From Camelus ferus (taxonomy: Eukaryota), in NCBI RefSeq assembly GCF_009834535.1, contig NC_045697.1, forward strand, positions 91,700,001 through 91,764,000: a stretch of 64,000 nt of DNA. The letters are read 5' to 3'. Under the pieces are notes generated by a model that saw only the letters and a list, made by a program, of their open reading frames with translations, was not told the origin of the DNA and did no database searches. Below, in pieces: positions 26,071 to 39,062 of the stretch. Each line of letters starts with the position of its first letter. Position 1 is the first letter of the stretch. The translations under genes and the position numbers were made by a program.

Positions 26071-26599
26071 TTAGGATTATTTGAAAAAATTACCTAATTG
26101 AGACTAGCATGCTTTGAGTATAAAATAACGAATGTAAAATGTTCTATACAAATAATATTTTAAAATATACTACTGTAGTTTTATCTCTTTGCCTAATTAG
26201 TCTGCTTCCCTATCCCCTCCCCGGCCACTCATCCCTGTGTTTTTGGCTCTCGTACTCAACCCTGCTTCTTTGCCGCCGTCCCAGGATTCACGCCTCATCC
26301 CGAGTTGTTTTCTTTTACGTGGCTGATCCTACTCTGGCCTCATGTTTACTGGCTGACTCTTGGTTTCTTATTGTGAAAGGGTCATTTTGATGTTTACATA
26401 CAGCTTTTTATGCCCTTATTTGGCTTTGGCCTTGTCAAACTTTGTTGCTTAATTTCTTTCAGTCTGCAGTTTTAACATCCTCCCAACTGGGTCCTGTGGC
26501 CTGATCGCCTAGGTGTCACCTTTGGATGTGTCTTAATGACGTTAACTGTTGCTCAGCTTTCCAAGAAAAATCAGTCTCTCAGAGGGCTTCCCTCTAGAG

Positions 26600-26765
26600 T
26601 CCTATTTCTTAATGTGCCATCTATACCAGAATCACCTGGGAACTAAAAATGATGCAAATCCCTGTGTCCTACCCAGAGCTACTATGTCAGATTCTTGGGG
26701 GCTGAAGTCTGGGCATCGGTCTTTTAAAAAGAAATTCCTAGGAATGCTCAGGCACACTGAAGGAG
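26600..26765. mobile_element. MER5-like hAT-Charlie MITE
   Basis: cagaatcacctgggg...tgcaaatccctg...cccagagctactatgtcagattct. Confidence 0.7.
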
Positions 26766-26834
26766 CTTCCCTGCTTCGTCTCCTTCTCTAACCAAAACTC
26801 CTAGACCTTGAGCTTGCCTTCTGTAACAGCAGCA

Positions 26835-27050
26835 GCAACAGCAATAATAGTAGCACAAGTTGGTTGCTTACCATATACCAAGAACTCTAAATGCTTTCAC
26901 ATTCATTTCATCCTTAAAACAAACAAAAATAATATATATATTATTCCCATTTTTCAGATTAGTAAACTGAAGCAACACTACTAATATCAAAGCTGGAATT
27001 CAATTCCAAGCTGGTTTAATGTCAGATGCTATATTCACATTACTACGCTA
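26835..27050 (-). mobile_element. MIR SINE
   Basis: tgcttaccatatacca...ttattcccatttttcagattagtaaactgaagc...agctggaattcaattcca. Confidence 0.75.
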
Positions 27051-27528
27051 TAGCTGTCTCTGTACTTGGAACGTGGCTTTGCTTCTTGTCTGTGGACTTT
27101 GGTTTTGATACAGGCCTGGGTTCTTTCACATGCCTCTCTGCTGACCACCATGATAGCACCCCCTTTTCCTGCCCAGAATCCTCTTTTCAGCCCTCCTGCC
27201 TAGGCTTCTTTCTCTTAGTTTGCTTCCTTTGTCTTTGTTTAGATATGTTTAGGTTCTCGTTGAGATCACTTCATCCTTTGAGACTTAAATAAAATTGGTT
27301 TAAACACTCTAACCCTCATTATGTGGAAAGGATAGTTGAAACTCCACCAGTATTTCTGTGAATTCACTGGGGCTTGTGTTCTTGTGGTCAAGTTCCACAT
27401 ATGTTCCCGAGGACTCTCAATCTCATCCATGTCATTTCCTCAGTGGTTCTAGTGGCTCTGAGCTGATCCTTCCATGGAACCCAGGCCGTTTTCCTCGATT
27501 CTTCCCAAATACCATTCTTGGAAGGTAG

Positions 27529-27561
27529 TGTGTGTGTGTTTGTGTGTGTATGTGTGTGTGT
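27529..27561. repeat. Imperfect (TG)n microsatellite
   Basis: Seen directly. Confidence 0.9.
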
Positions 27562-28299
27562 AAACTTTTTGAGTTTGGAGAGGTGAAGGAGATTACTTGG
27601 AATTAATTTAAAATGGACATTGGGTTTCTCATTCCTAAAAGGAGCCCTAATCCTGCTGAATGGAATTTTTCAATTGCCAGCTTTCTCTGTAGGTCTGTCA
27701 TGTTTTTCACGTCCCTGAGCCTTATTCTTTGCCTCACTGTCTTCTTTTCTAACATTCCCCATTCCAGAATTCCAAGACATGCTACAAGGTAGAAGAGGAT
27801 TAATTGCAGGTTGAGTATTATGAACAATGACTATTATATGGATACAGATTTCATTGTCAGGCCAGTGGCCGAGAAAACTTCATTGAGAAGGATGGATTTA
27901 TTAAGATCCATTCTAATAGAAGTATCTACTCCTCATTGACCCAGTTTGGATATTCTGTTGTTCTTAATGTAACATTTAAGTGTCCATGCTTTAAAACTTC
28001 AGCAAATAAGTATTCTGGGACCCCTCTAGTTCCATCTCCTTAATGTGGGGAGAAATACTCATGGAGAGGCCATTGCAGTGGTATGACAGAAAATGGGATG
28101 CACTAGGCAACACTCCTACTAAGATGTAAGATAGGTGAGGTCCCTGGAAGCATTTCAAAGTACTTATTCATGAAGATTGAACAGTCTCCTGGCATAGGCC
28201 CGGGGTACAGAAAATGCCATTTATTCTTCCCTGGCTGGCTAACCAGAATGGATCTGACACATAAAGTGGACTGTCTTCATTTCTTCATTTCTTATGGAT

Positions 28300-28465
28300 T
28301 TCTCAACTTACTCCATTTTGGTTTCTGCTTCCCCCCAAACCACTAAACTATCCTTATTTAGATCATAAAAGACCTTTGTAACTTTCCTTTCAATGGAAGA
28401 TGACCTGTCTTCTTTGTTTTTGATCTCTTACCAATTTTTGGTTCACTTAACCACTCTCTCCTTTT
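28300..28465 (+). mobile_element. L2 RT-region fragment (left part of an interrupted L2)
   Basis: Decayed match to the L2 RT segment QSGF...HSTETAL...DL...LDLSAAFDTVDHSLL (ggtttctgcttccccccaaaccactaaacta ... aaccactctctcctt). Confidence 0.55.
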
Positions 28466-31400
28466 TATTTTTTGTTCTAAAAAATTTTAAACACCTTCAT
28501 ACAAAAAAAATTCATCCATTTTAAACATACATTTTGTTGAGCTTTAGTAAAGGTATACAGTCATTAAAGCACCACTACAATGAAGTTTAAGACCAAATCC
28601 ATCATCCCTAAAGTTCCATTTGCTCCTCATCACACCCACCTTGCCCCAAGGAACCACTTACATATTTTCTGGTACTACTTTTGCCATTTCTAACTCATAT
28701 AAATGGAACCATATAGTATGTACAAATTTATATCTGACCCCTTTCGCTTAGCATGATATTTTGAAATTCATTCATTTGCTTGCATGTATCATTAGTTCAC
28801 TTTTAAAAAATTGCTGAGTAATTGCCTGTAGTTTGGATAGACCACATTCTGTTTATCTAGTTGGTGGACACTTGTGCTACTTCTATTTTTTGACTGTATT
28901 GAAAACGCTGCTATACACATTCGTGTAAAAGTCATTGTGTGGACATATGCTTGTATTTCCCTTGGGTGAACACCTAGAAAAGAATCGTGGGTCATGTGAT
29001 ACATGCTTTTACTTTTTAAGAACGTGCCAAACTGGTTAAAAAAGTGGCTGTACCACTTTGTACTCCAATCAGCAGTGTATAAGGGCTTCAGTTTCTCCAT
29101 AGCATCAGCAACACTTAAAATTTTAGTTATTCTATTAGGTATGTATTGGTATATCACTGTGCTTTAAGTTTGCATTTCCCTAGTGACCAGCGATGCTTAG
29201 CTTGTCATGTGCTGGCCATTCATATATATATATATATATTTTTTTTTTTTTTGTAAAATGTCTGTTTAAATCTTTTACACATTTAAAAATTGTTACTAAT
29301 CTCCTTATTGAATCATAAGAGCTATCTATATTCTGAATGCAAGTCCTTCAGATCTGATATACATTTTATTAATAAAGTCTCCCAGTCTATGGCTTGTCTT
29401 CTCATTTTATTAATGGAGACCTATAAACTAAAGTGTTTAATTTTAGTTAAGTCTAATTTGTCAATTGTTTTTCTTTTATGGTTAGTATTTTTTATGTGCT
29501 AGCTAAGAAACATTTGCCTAATACAAGGTCACCAAAGTTTCTCCAAAGTCTCCTCTTATGTTTTCTTCCCAAATTTTATGATTTTAGCTCTTATGCTTTG
29601 GTCCATGATCTATTTTGAATTAAAATTTGTCTATGGTGTGAGGAATAAGTTAAGTTTTCCCCCCATAATGGATATACAGTTATTCCAGAACAATATGTTG
29701 AAAAGATTATCCTTTTCCCATAGAATTACCTTGGTGGCTATAAAAAACCAATTGACATGTAAGTGTGTTTATTTCTGTCCTCTATATGCCTATCATTATG
29801 TCAATACCATACTTTCTTGATTACTGTAGTTTTAAGTAAGTCTTGAAATCAGGTTGTGTATGGCCTCTGACTTTGTTTTTCTTTGATTATTCTAGATCCT
29901 TCAAATTATAATATGTATTTTTTAATTGACTTGCCAATTCTTCCAAAATCCTATTGAGATTTTTCAGTGGAATTGCATTTAATCTATAGATCAATTTGGG
30001 GGAGAATTTCCATCTTAACAATATAGATTTTTATATATTGATCTATAGTCTGGTGACCTTGATAAATCCATTTTTTTAGCTTACTTGTAGATCCTTAGGA
30101 TTGTCTGTGTACAGGACCATGCTGTTTGCAAAAAAGAGAATGTTTTACTTCTTTTCTAATTTGTGTGTCTTTTATTTGTTTTTCTGGTCTTATGGAACTA
30201 GCTACATCTTTAGTAGTGAATAAAAATGGGGAGAGCAGAGAGTTCTTGCTTTGCTCTTCTTGTATTATCTAAAAGTGTTCTAGTTAAATATGATATTAGC
30301 TGCAGGTTTTTTCATAAATCCTTTTTATTAGGTTGAGAAAGTTCCCTTCCATTCTTAGTTTGTGAAGAATTTTTATTATGAATGGGTGTTATTATTTTTT
30401 GGCTTCAATTTGCTAATAATTTGTTAAGGATATTTGCATCAATTTTAATGAAGGATATTGGGTTGTAATTTTCTTTTGTTATGATGTCTTTGTCAGAGTA
30501 ATAATGGCCTAATAAAATGAATTAGAACTTCTTTCTCTTTGTCTGTTTTCAGAAGGAGTTTGTGTTGGATGGTTATTATTTATTCCTTAAATGTTTGGTA
30601 GGATTCATCGGTGAAGTCATTTGGGCTTGATGCTTTCTTTAAAGGAGGATTTTTAAAAGTTATTAATTCAGTTTCTTTACTTGAGCTAAGCCTATTCAGA
30701 ATTTTTATTAGTAGCTTGTAATTTAGTAATATGTTACACTGGTTAGTTACTAACAGTAGTAAGTTTAGTCTTTCAGGGAATCTGTCCATTTTATTTACAT
30801 TATCAGATTTACTCATGCAAGATTATTTACAAAATTTTTATAATCCACTTTGATTTCTATAAAGTCAGTAGCAATGCTGCCTTTCTCACTCCACATATTG
30901 CTAATTTGCATCTTTTTTGTTCTTGTCCAGGCTAGCTAAATATTTATTCATTATTGATATTTAAAAATTTTTTTTAAAAATCCAGTTTTTAATTTCATTG
31001 ATTTTCCCCTAATGCGTGTCTTTTTTTCTGTCTTGCTTATTTCCATTCTGCTCTTTATTACTACTTTTCTTCTAGATTATTTGGATTTAATTTTTTTTTT
31101 TTTGTTTTTTGCTTCTTAATGTAGAAGCTTTGATAATTGATTTGAGGCCTTTCTTCTTTTTTACTATAGGTGTAAAGTTTTCTTCATGGTCTGCCTTAGA
31201 TTCATCTTACAGATTTTGATATGTGTGTTTTCATTTTGCTTCATTCAATTTAAAATATTTTCTAGTTTCCTCGTGATTTCTTCTTTAACTCATAGGTGAT
31301 TTAAAGGTTTATTATTTAATTTTTACACATTTGTAGTTTTCCCAGATTTCTTTTGGTGATTGATTTATAGTTAAATTCCATTTTGGTCAGAAAACATACT

Positions 31401-32060
31401 CTGTATGATATCAATGCTTTTAAATTATTAAGCCTTGTTTATAGCCAGCATGTGCTTTATCCTGGTGAATATCCTATTAGCACTTGAAAAGAATGTGTTT
31501 TCTGCTATTGTTGGGTGGAGGGTTCTACAGATATCAATTAGGTCAAGTCGTTTGATAATGTTTTTCAATTCATCTGCATCCTTTGTATATCCAAGCTGTG
31601 TGTGGGTTGAGCACTGCATTCAAAGGCACAACATATTCACCAATCTCTTCAGGCTTTTAATATTTGCTAGCTTCTGGAGGTCTCCTGCATTTATGCTTAG
31701 AATTTATCTAGAAGTCTTTGGGCAATTTATTATCTCAGCACTTCTCATGCTCTTTTACTTCCAAAATCTCCCAGTTAAGATTTTAGCTACTCTCTTGCCT
31801 GCCCTGAACTGAGTACATCCACTTCTGACAAATAAAGCTGTAGGTTTTTGCAGTCTAAGCTGGGTGGGATTGGAATGATAACTGGCAAGAAGGCCAAACA
31901 ACACACAGTTGAGTAACAGTTTTCCAGTGGGTAAACAATTCTCAGGTTTTTCTTTGCCTTTCATTGTATTCCAGTGCCTGAAATTGCTTAAATAATTTTT
32001 CACTTTATAGGATTTGATTTCTGTGGAGTGGTCTTCCTGTGCCACCATCACCAGAAGTAG
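28466..32060 (-). mobile_element. Old L1 (L1MB/MC-like) with internal deletions; ORF2 remnants
   Basis: Minus-strand translations LDLIDICRTLHPTIAENTFFSSA (L1 endonuclease), NKMDRFPERLNL and KKASSPNDFTDESYQTFKE (cf. L1 KKSPGPDGFTAEFYQTFKE). 3' end near 28470. The assignment beyond ~31590 is weaker. Confidence 0.85.
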
Positions 32061-32069
32061 ATCTCTGCT

Positions 32070-33120
32070 CCTTCCCTTAGAAACATTGCTTTTTCTTTGC
32101 TGCCATGACCCTGAACATCTTGGGACCTTTAAGTTTCCTTTAAATATGAGAATGTCTTGGCATATAGAAGTAACCACTTTTTAGAAAAAGGCAGAGATTC
32201 ATTTTTCTTCTTGCTTCACATATTCCTCTTAGGTGATCTCATTGATTTCCACAGCTTTAATGGCCACTATATGCTACTTCTAAAATTTATATCCTCAGCC
32301 TAGACTTTTCCTTTGCACTCCAGACTCTTAAACTTATCAACTTATCCTCTTACACTTAACTCTTTTCTTGGTACCTTAAATATAAGTCTGAAATAGAATG
32401 CAATCTTTTCTCCCTAACCTGCTCTTCCTCCAGGATTCCTTATCTTACTAACACAGCTATCAACCACCATTATTCTTGGCTTGTCCTTAGTATAGTCATT
32501 CTTCTCCCTACACCCCCATAAATATTCAGTCACCAAGTACTGCCGATTTCATCTTCTAAATACATTTGAATATGACCACATTTTTCATTTCCATTGTCAT
32601 CGTATGAACTAAGCCATCACCTCTTTCTTGAACTACTTAGGAGCATTCTTATTTTTCTATCCAGACATCTTAGATCATCTTTTAAAGATCTATATCTTAT
32701 TATGATCATTATCTGAAAACATCTCTATATCTTTCTTATGCTTTTAGGATAAAAAGCAGAGTATTCAACATGGTTTGTATGACCCTGCATGATCTGGTCC
32801 ATCCTGGCCACTCCAGGCTCATGTCACAGCACCCTCTGTTTCACTCTCTGCCGTTCAGTCTATAAGGATCTTTTTTCAGTTCCTCAACTATGTGCTTTCC
32901 CTGACTCCCTAAGACCACCCTATTATATGATTTCAAGTGCACTGTATCTCTTCCTGGCTCCTAGCATGTTTATCATGTAATTATGTGTTCAGTGTTTTCC
33001 CTGCTTATATGCTGGCTACCCAAAGACCTGTGTCTGTTTTGTTCACTACTGTATCAACAGTATTTAGTGGAATACCAAGCACAAATTAGCCTCTCAGTAA
33101 AATTTGTTGAATGAATGAAT
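32070..33120 (+). mobile_element. L2 LINE 3' portion with tail
   Basis: cttaggtgatctcattgatttccacagcttt, cagtcaccaagtactgccgattt, and terminal aaatttgttgaatgaatgaat. Confidence 0.8.
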
Positions 33121-33544
33121 GCAGAGGAATATAATTTTATACTTACTGGACTTCATGCATTTCTGTATTGTTTCAGGTTCACTATATGGACAACTAAGAT
33201 TAGAGAATCACAAAATTACACAATCAGGCTGGTCCAAAGATTATAGATGTAAAATAGGGGAAACCATTCCAGGATCTTCTCTCCTCTATAACCTGACTGC
33301 AGATAGGTCTTTCTGTCCCAGCTCAGTTCTACGCCCTTTCCTCACCTCTTTCTGATGTTTTATAACTCTTAATTGGAGTTGGGTAGGAAGTTAATGGAAT
33401 AGTGGAAATAACTCCCACTATTTGGAAATTTATGTCAGGTATTTCTTGACAACTTTTCTTAAGGTCTTTTGTTTAGACACAATGCAATTTTATTCTGTTT
33501 AATATGCAAGTCTTTCCTTTTAAGGCTTAGTATATATTATTATC

Positions 33545-33742
33545 TACTAAATAGTTAAAACATGCAGGCTTTGACACCAGCAAATTCCACTTACTATCTG
33601 TGTGATCTTTAGTAAGTTTCCAAACCTTTCTATAGTTTTCTCACCTATAAGATGGTGTAAATGAGAATAACTACTGCATAGATATAAAATGCTTAGAAGA
33701 AAATTTGAAACATATTAAATGCTTAATAAATATTAGCTTATG
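33545..33742 (+). mobile_element. MIR SINE
   Basis: ccacttactatctgtgtgatcttt...agttttctcacctataagatgg...aaatgcttaataaatattagct. Confidence 0.8.
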
Positions 33743-33859
33743 TTTAATGTCTGGCTCCCTAATTTCTTTTGCCATACATCACTCTTTTCCTCCCATATTA
33801 TAGGACCTAATTGTCACTTAATTGGACAGGATCAGAAACCTTGGGGGAGAGGAATCTGA

Positions 33860-33940
33860 TTGAACATTCCCTGAAAGTAGGACCCATGCCCTATCGTAGT
33901 GCCTAGCACATAGAAAGTGCTCAGTAAATATTTGGTAATA
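33860..33940 (+). mobile_element. L2 3' tail
   Basis: agtgcctagcacatagaaagtgctcagtaaatatttg. Confidence 0.7.
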
Positions 33941-35012
33941 GGCTTTCTTTAAAAATATGATCTAATTCCCTCTTTCATTCAAATGTTCTCTCCCTCAATT
34001 AGCTTAATTTAGTGTATTTGTTCTATTCCATCAGAAACCCCCAAATTAGTTTGCATTAGATTAATGTCAGAGGTCATACCTTTTTAATTAGCACTAATTA
34101 AGGCAATTAGTTACCATTAAAAAACAAGGAAAACATGAAATAAGCTGACTGTGGACCTATGGGCTCTTTAAAATCTTCAGGGTGCTGGGCCTTGCTGAAA
34201 ATTCACTTATTAAAATGTTTAAAATATCAAGGTCCATGAGACTGCCTTGGTATCAAAGCAAGGCCAAACAAAACAAAAAGAAACACGGAAAAAAAGAGAT
34301 GTCATCTTCAATAGGGTAACCAGCTGCTGTGGGTACCTTTTAATCTGTTGGAGTTAGGAACCAATCGCTCAACATACAGTTGAGTAGAGGTGAAGAAAAA
34401 TTAGGTCAATCGATTGAACTATTTTAACAGGCTAGTCAGAGTTGAAAAAAAAAATAGAACTTAACTTGGTGTACTGGCATCTGTTGAACAGGAAGCTGAA
34501 GTCAAGTGTGCTTTTTTGTTATTAAGCTTCTCCACATTTGATGAATTTGAAGGAAATTTGTCTCTCTCTAATTGGTTGGTGTCGTACAGATAAGATCCAC
34601 CTTACTTTTATTGCCACTTTCCACTCCTGTCCCCAGCTGGAGGCACTCACAACTGAGGCTGGGACGACGAATAATAAAGAGGCTTTGCTTGGTTCTCTGT
34701 GGTCTTTGAATCTTCAGTTCTCCATGGGGGAGCAGTGCTGATTGAGAAAGAAAGGGTCTTATGGCATCAAAGGGAGGGACATTGGCATGTGTGAGACTCA
34801 CACCTCCTTAGGCTGCTTTAATCAGAGCCAAGAGCTCATGGGAGATGAAAACAATTCCCCACCTTCTGTTCTCCTTTGTATGGTATTTATCATGTTTTCT
34901 TTCTGAAATTAAGGGGGGAATATCCCCTTTTCCTTTGTAATCCAAATCTGAAAAGTTACTTTTATTTTTCAATTTTTTAACTCTGTTTCCATGACGTACA
35001 TGAGTGGTGTGG

Positions 35013-35071
35013 TTTTTTGTTTTTGTTTTTGTTTTTGTTTTTGTTTTTGTTTTTGTTTTTGTTTTTGTTTT
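35013..35071. repeat. (TTTTTG)n hexanucleotide microsatellite
   Basis: About 9-10 perfect units seen directly. Confidence 0.95.
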
Positions 35072-36072
35072 AACTCTACAGCCCCCTCCACATGGCCATT
35101 CAATTTTCTCTTCCAGGCTATTTAATATATTCCCAGAGAATGTGATAAGGCTGGTCAAAAAGTAGATACTTGTAATCACTAACTTCAAGTAAATCATGGA
35201 AGATTAACTTTATCTTTCTATAAAAGATGGAATAGTGTGTGAAATGGATAATTTGAATATTTTCAGGGAAGAGGATTCTTACCTTACTTGATTGCTTTAA
35301 ACCAATTGGAGAGATAAAAAACATTGAACACTTGCTCCCCCCAGCTCTTCTCCTGCCAGGCACTCTCCTTTATAGAACTCACATTGACAACATAATGAAC
35401 GCAACAGCACAGCTGTCAAAGGAAACGTTTGAGCACTTGTGAAATTACAGGCTGCTGCAGAAATGACTTAAGCATGCCATTACCTCTTGCTGCATTTAGA
35501 ACAAATAAGCCACCTGCCCTTTAGGTATTATCTGATCTGTTTGAATAGACTGCTATATAGACCCACACAGAAGACTCCAAACATTCTCTCTTACAATTCT
35601 GCTCAGAGAACTGCAGCTTCAGCACCTCACACTTCCTCTTCTCAGTGCTCTCCTCTCCGACTCAGCCTTTGCATACATTATATAAACAGCCACACGTCTG
35701 TTTCCTGTGTTAAAGGAAGCATCATTTTTGTGATTGCAGTTACCTAGCCCTGGGCTGCTGTATCTTCGAGTTGTGCTAGTCTGACTTCAAACCTGTGTAG
35801 CTCTTACCTCTAAAGCCAATTGTTTGAACATGAATCCGCCTCACAACTAAAAGCCTCTTTCCTATCAAACATAGATGGAGTTTTCAGAAATGTTTTAAGA
35901 TTTACTAATCAATCTGAAATAGATAAATTAACTCACATACCACAGCTGCCTTACCATAGCTTTTATCTCCTCAGCAAGGAGGAACATTTTAGGTTTGTGC
36001 TCTCGGGAGCACCACCCTTGCTTTTCCCATGCTCTTGGCCAACACCCTGGTTGAAGGTTACTTAGTGCTTCC

Positions 36073-36549
36073 TGCACCGATCAGGGTGCTGGGAAGACAC
36101 CAATGGCACACTGAAAGTGGGTTCAGTGGAGGGAAGTTTACTAAAGGGTTTATTTGCTAAGGAAACCATCAGGGACAAAGTGGTACCCTAGGGCTGTTGG
36201 GGTGGCTATTGTTACAACCCGTAAGCCTGAAGGTGTAAGGGGAGAGCAGCTCCTGAACCTTAGAGAGAGGGAGTAGGCACGGAGCGGGCCAGGTGAAAGG
36301 AGCCGGGACCTCCCATCTGGACAGGACACAGCCAGCCCAAGGTAACCTGGCAGGGGAGGAGCTGAGGAAATTTGCACCTCCAACTTACTCTTGTGCTTCC
36401 TCCAGATCTCCTGTGGGTCCTCACCATTGGCTGAACATAATGGGAATCCAGAAGGGAAGGGAGTCTGCGATGCTTAGTCCCTCAGGTGAGAGGGCAGATA
36501 GAGAAGAGTGGAGAGTGGTCCTGAGGGCAGATGGAGGGTATCCAGTTCA
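36073..36549 (-). mobile_element. LTR33-like ERVL solo LTR
   Basis: atggcacactgaaa...gtttactaaaggg near the left end, ccattggctgaac, and terminal gtggagagtggtcctgagggcagatggagggtatccagttca. Confidence 0.75.
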
Positions 36550-36569
36550 CTTGCTGAGGAGAGTGAAAA

Positions 36570-37109
36570 ATAATGGTTCTAATGGTTTGTTTCTTAGTCA
36601 CCTCCTCCAATTCCCATTTATCCTTTAAACTGGAGTCCAAGTATTATTCTTAAAGTGTAGCTGATTCTATCACATCTTTACTGAAAGACCCTCAATGGCT
36701 CTTCCCATAGGGCGTGAAGTCCAAGTCTTTATAATGGAATTCAAGGCCGCATTGATCTCCTTTCCAACTAACTTTTCAGCCTTTGCAACCACCCCGCTTC
36801 TACTCTAATCTATTTCTTTAACCTGGTAATGTCCCAGAACTTCCCCTAACCCCATTTCTTTATTCACTCTCTTCTCATCTAGATTGCTCTTAACTCTTGC
36901 TAACTTTTCCCTCCTCCTTAAAATAGGTCACAGACATCACATTTCCATGGGGCTGCCTTCTATCATACTAATCAGAATTTATCCTTCTTTCAAATATGTG
37001 GCCATGGCATTTTTGCTTGTTTTTTTTTCCCTTATAATGTTACAGCTTATTCTGTCTTACGACTCATTGTGGACATGTCAGCGCACGTCTCTTGGTAGAC
37101 TATGAACGC
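36570..37109 (+). mobile_element. L2 3' region (left part; resumes at ~37530-37650)
   Basis: aagaccctcaatggctcttcccat...tagactatgaa. The continuation tcaaggctggggccatgtcttattcattttt...aaatatgtttgttgagttga lies after the insertion. Confidence 0.7.
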
Positions 37110-37520
37110 TACAACATCCACTTTGTGGCTCTGGGTCTGATTAGAAGGAATTCCCATTCACATGGATAGAACTGTACTGGGTTGGGATATGCCAGGGGTG
37201 GCCAGAGAGAGGTGGAATTCACAGGCGAATCGAGGTCCTGTCTGAGTAGGTAGACAGAGAGAAGGGCTGGAGCTGCCTTGTGAGCCTGAGGAGTCAGTAA
37301 AGATCTGAATACAAGAAAAAAAAAAAGAAGCCAAAAAGGAATCCGCTGTCAGAACAGTTCTGGAATCAGTGAGTGTTAGGGTGGAAATACTGTGAATGAG
37401 TACAGCTCCCTGCCTCTGAACAGAGCTGTGACGTCCGAACTAGGCTTACGGATTCTGGTCATCTGGAGCATGATCTCCCTGGCTGGCTGTAATGAAAATT
37501 GTTGGGTCAGTCCATGAACA
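37110..37520. mobile_element. Insertion splitting the L2; possible ancient Gypsy-type solo LTR
   Basis: About 410 bp between collinear L2 parts, with ends tacaacatccactttgtggc...ccatgaaca. The family is a guess from memory. Confidence 0.35.
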
Positions 37521-38159
37521 TTAGTCTTTTCAAGGCTGGGGCCATGTCTTATTCATTTTTGTTATAATCTCTGTCTCTTTCCCCTACGCCCCCTTAACAC
37601 AGTGTCTGGAGTTTAGCAGGTGCACTAAATATGTTTGTTGAGTTGACTGGAAGTCAGCAGATTTTATTTATATAAAAATATTGTATGGAATGTGAAACGA
37701 TATGTGTGTATATAATGATGATATTTTAAGAACAGTTAAAAGATAGCCTGTTGTAAATATTTTTCAAAAGTGCATTTTCAGTGTAGGCTGTGCTACACAC
37801 CGCAGGTAAATTTGCCTTCAGCAATGCACCTCTCATTGAGGTACCCTGGGTGCCTGGTGTCTCTACTCATCAAGTGCTTACGTGGAGTCTGAGTCACTGG
37901 CGATGGGGAGCAAATAAGGAAGTGAATTTGACGATTGTGGTCCTGAACATGTTGATGATGTAGGAAACCTTTGCTTGTTTTTCAGATGTCTTCACTTCAT
38001 GGCACACTGGAGTGATGTAAGAGAATAAGAATTCTGTAGTTCAGTGTGCCTGAATAAAAATTGCCCAGAGTGGGTCCTGATGAAAATGTCAGTTTCTGAA
38101 CCCCAAGCTATGCTTCTGAGTCATCCTTTAAGATGATTTCTATGAACACTAAAGATTAT

Positions 38160-38300
38160 GAACCTTCTCCATGGACTAGTGGGGGCCCATTAGAATCACT
38201 TGAAAAGACTTAAAAAATATTAATGCTTGAGTTTCCCCTCTGTTCCCTCCATTGAGTCTGACTTGAGGGGTCTGGAGTGGAATCCCCAGCACCTGTGATT
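38160..38300. mobile_element. MER5-like hAT MITE
   Basis: cattagaatcacttgaaaagacttaaaaaatattaatgcttg...gagtctgact...ggtctggagtgg. Confidence 0.65.
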
Positions 38301-38469
38301 CCCCCAGCTGTCTGCAGTACCAGCACATCTTCTATGGGCCTTGGAGGCCTGCCACATTGATTGATAGGTTAGAAATAGATCATCCTAACCTCAGAGGGAT
38401 ATAAAGGACAGGCTAGCAAATGTGCTGAGGAAAGCAAACAGCATGGTAGGAAAACATCATATCCTAGTC

Positions 38470-38690
38470 ACGAAGGGTGATGGCTCTGGAGTCCGAAGCC
38501 TGAGTCCCTCCCCATAATAGTTCTGGCACTTATGAGCTCTGCGCTGGCAGGCATCCCTGTGTGTCTTCTGAGGATCAAAATAGCGCACACCTCTAAGGAT
38601 TCAAATAAGTTAATATAAACAAAGTATTCAAACAGAGCTTGTCATATGGTTAAGGGCCCCATAAATGTTAGCCATTGTTAATTATTATCA
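38470..38690 (+). mobile_element. MIR SINE
   Basis: ggctctggagtcc...aggattcaaataagttaatata...ataaatgttagccatt. Confidence 0.7.
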
Positions 38691-38789
38691 GTAGTTACAG
38701 GAAAGAATTATGTTTTCCAAATATGGTAACAGGAAGATCTGGTGTGATAAAAGGGTGTCAAGGGACTAGAGGTTTCACATTTTTTTGAG

Positions 38790-39062
38790 AGTCAGTGGTC
38801 AGAAATAGGAATAAGAAGTGGAGGTTGCTAGGATTTTGATTAGAAGCACTATGCAGAAGAACATTTGAACAACTGGAGCCTTCTAAACTAAGGAATGAAT
38901 GGCTGTACAAAGTAGTGAATTCTGGGTCTCTGGAAATATTCCAAAACCAGTTGATTGTCCATTTATTTGGAACTTTGCAGAGAAAATTCATGTAAAGGGT
39001 AGTGATTTGGACGTTAAATACAATCAATAAACCCTGTAAATGCTTTTTAAACTCTAAAAGCA
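38790..39062 (+). mobile_element. CR1/L3 LINE 3' end
   Basis: gaagaacattt...agtagtgaattctgggtctctggaaatattc...cagagaaaattcatg...ttggac matches the layout of the L3 3' end. Confidence 0.65.

Noticed and set aside
30580..31619. Minus-strand ORFs with endonuclease-like motifs as a gene
   Set aside because: Fragmented, frameshifted L1 ORF2 remnants.
34808..35197. 129-aa ORF with a KTKTKT repeat
   Set aside because: The repeat is the translation of the (TTTTTG)n microsatellite, and there is no other coding signal.
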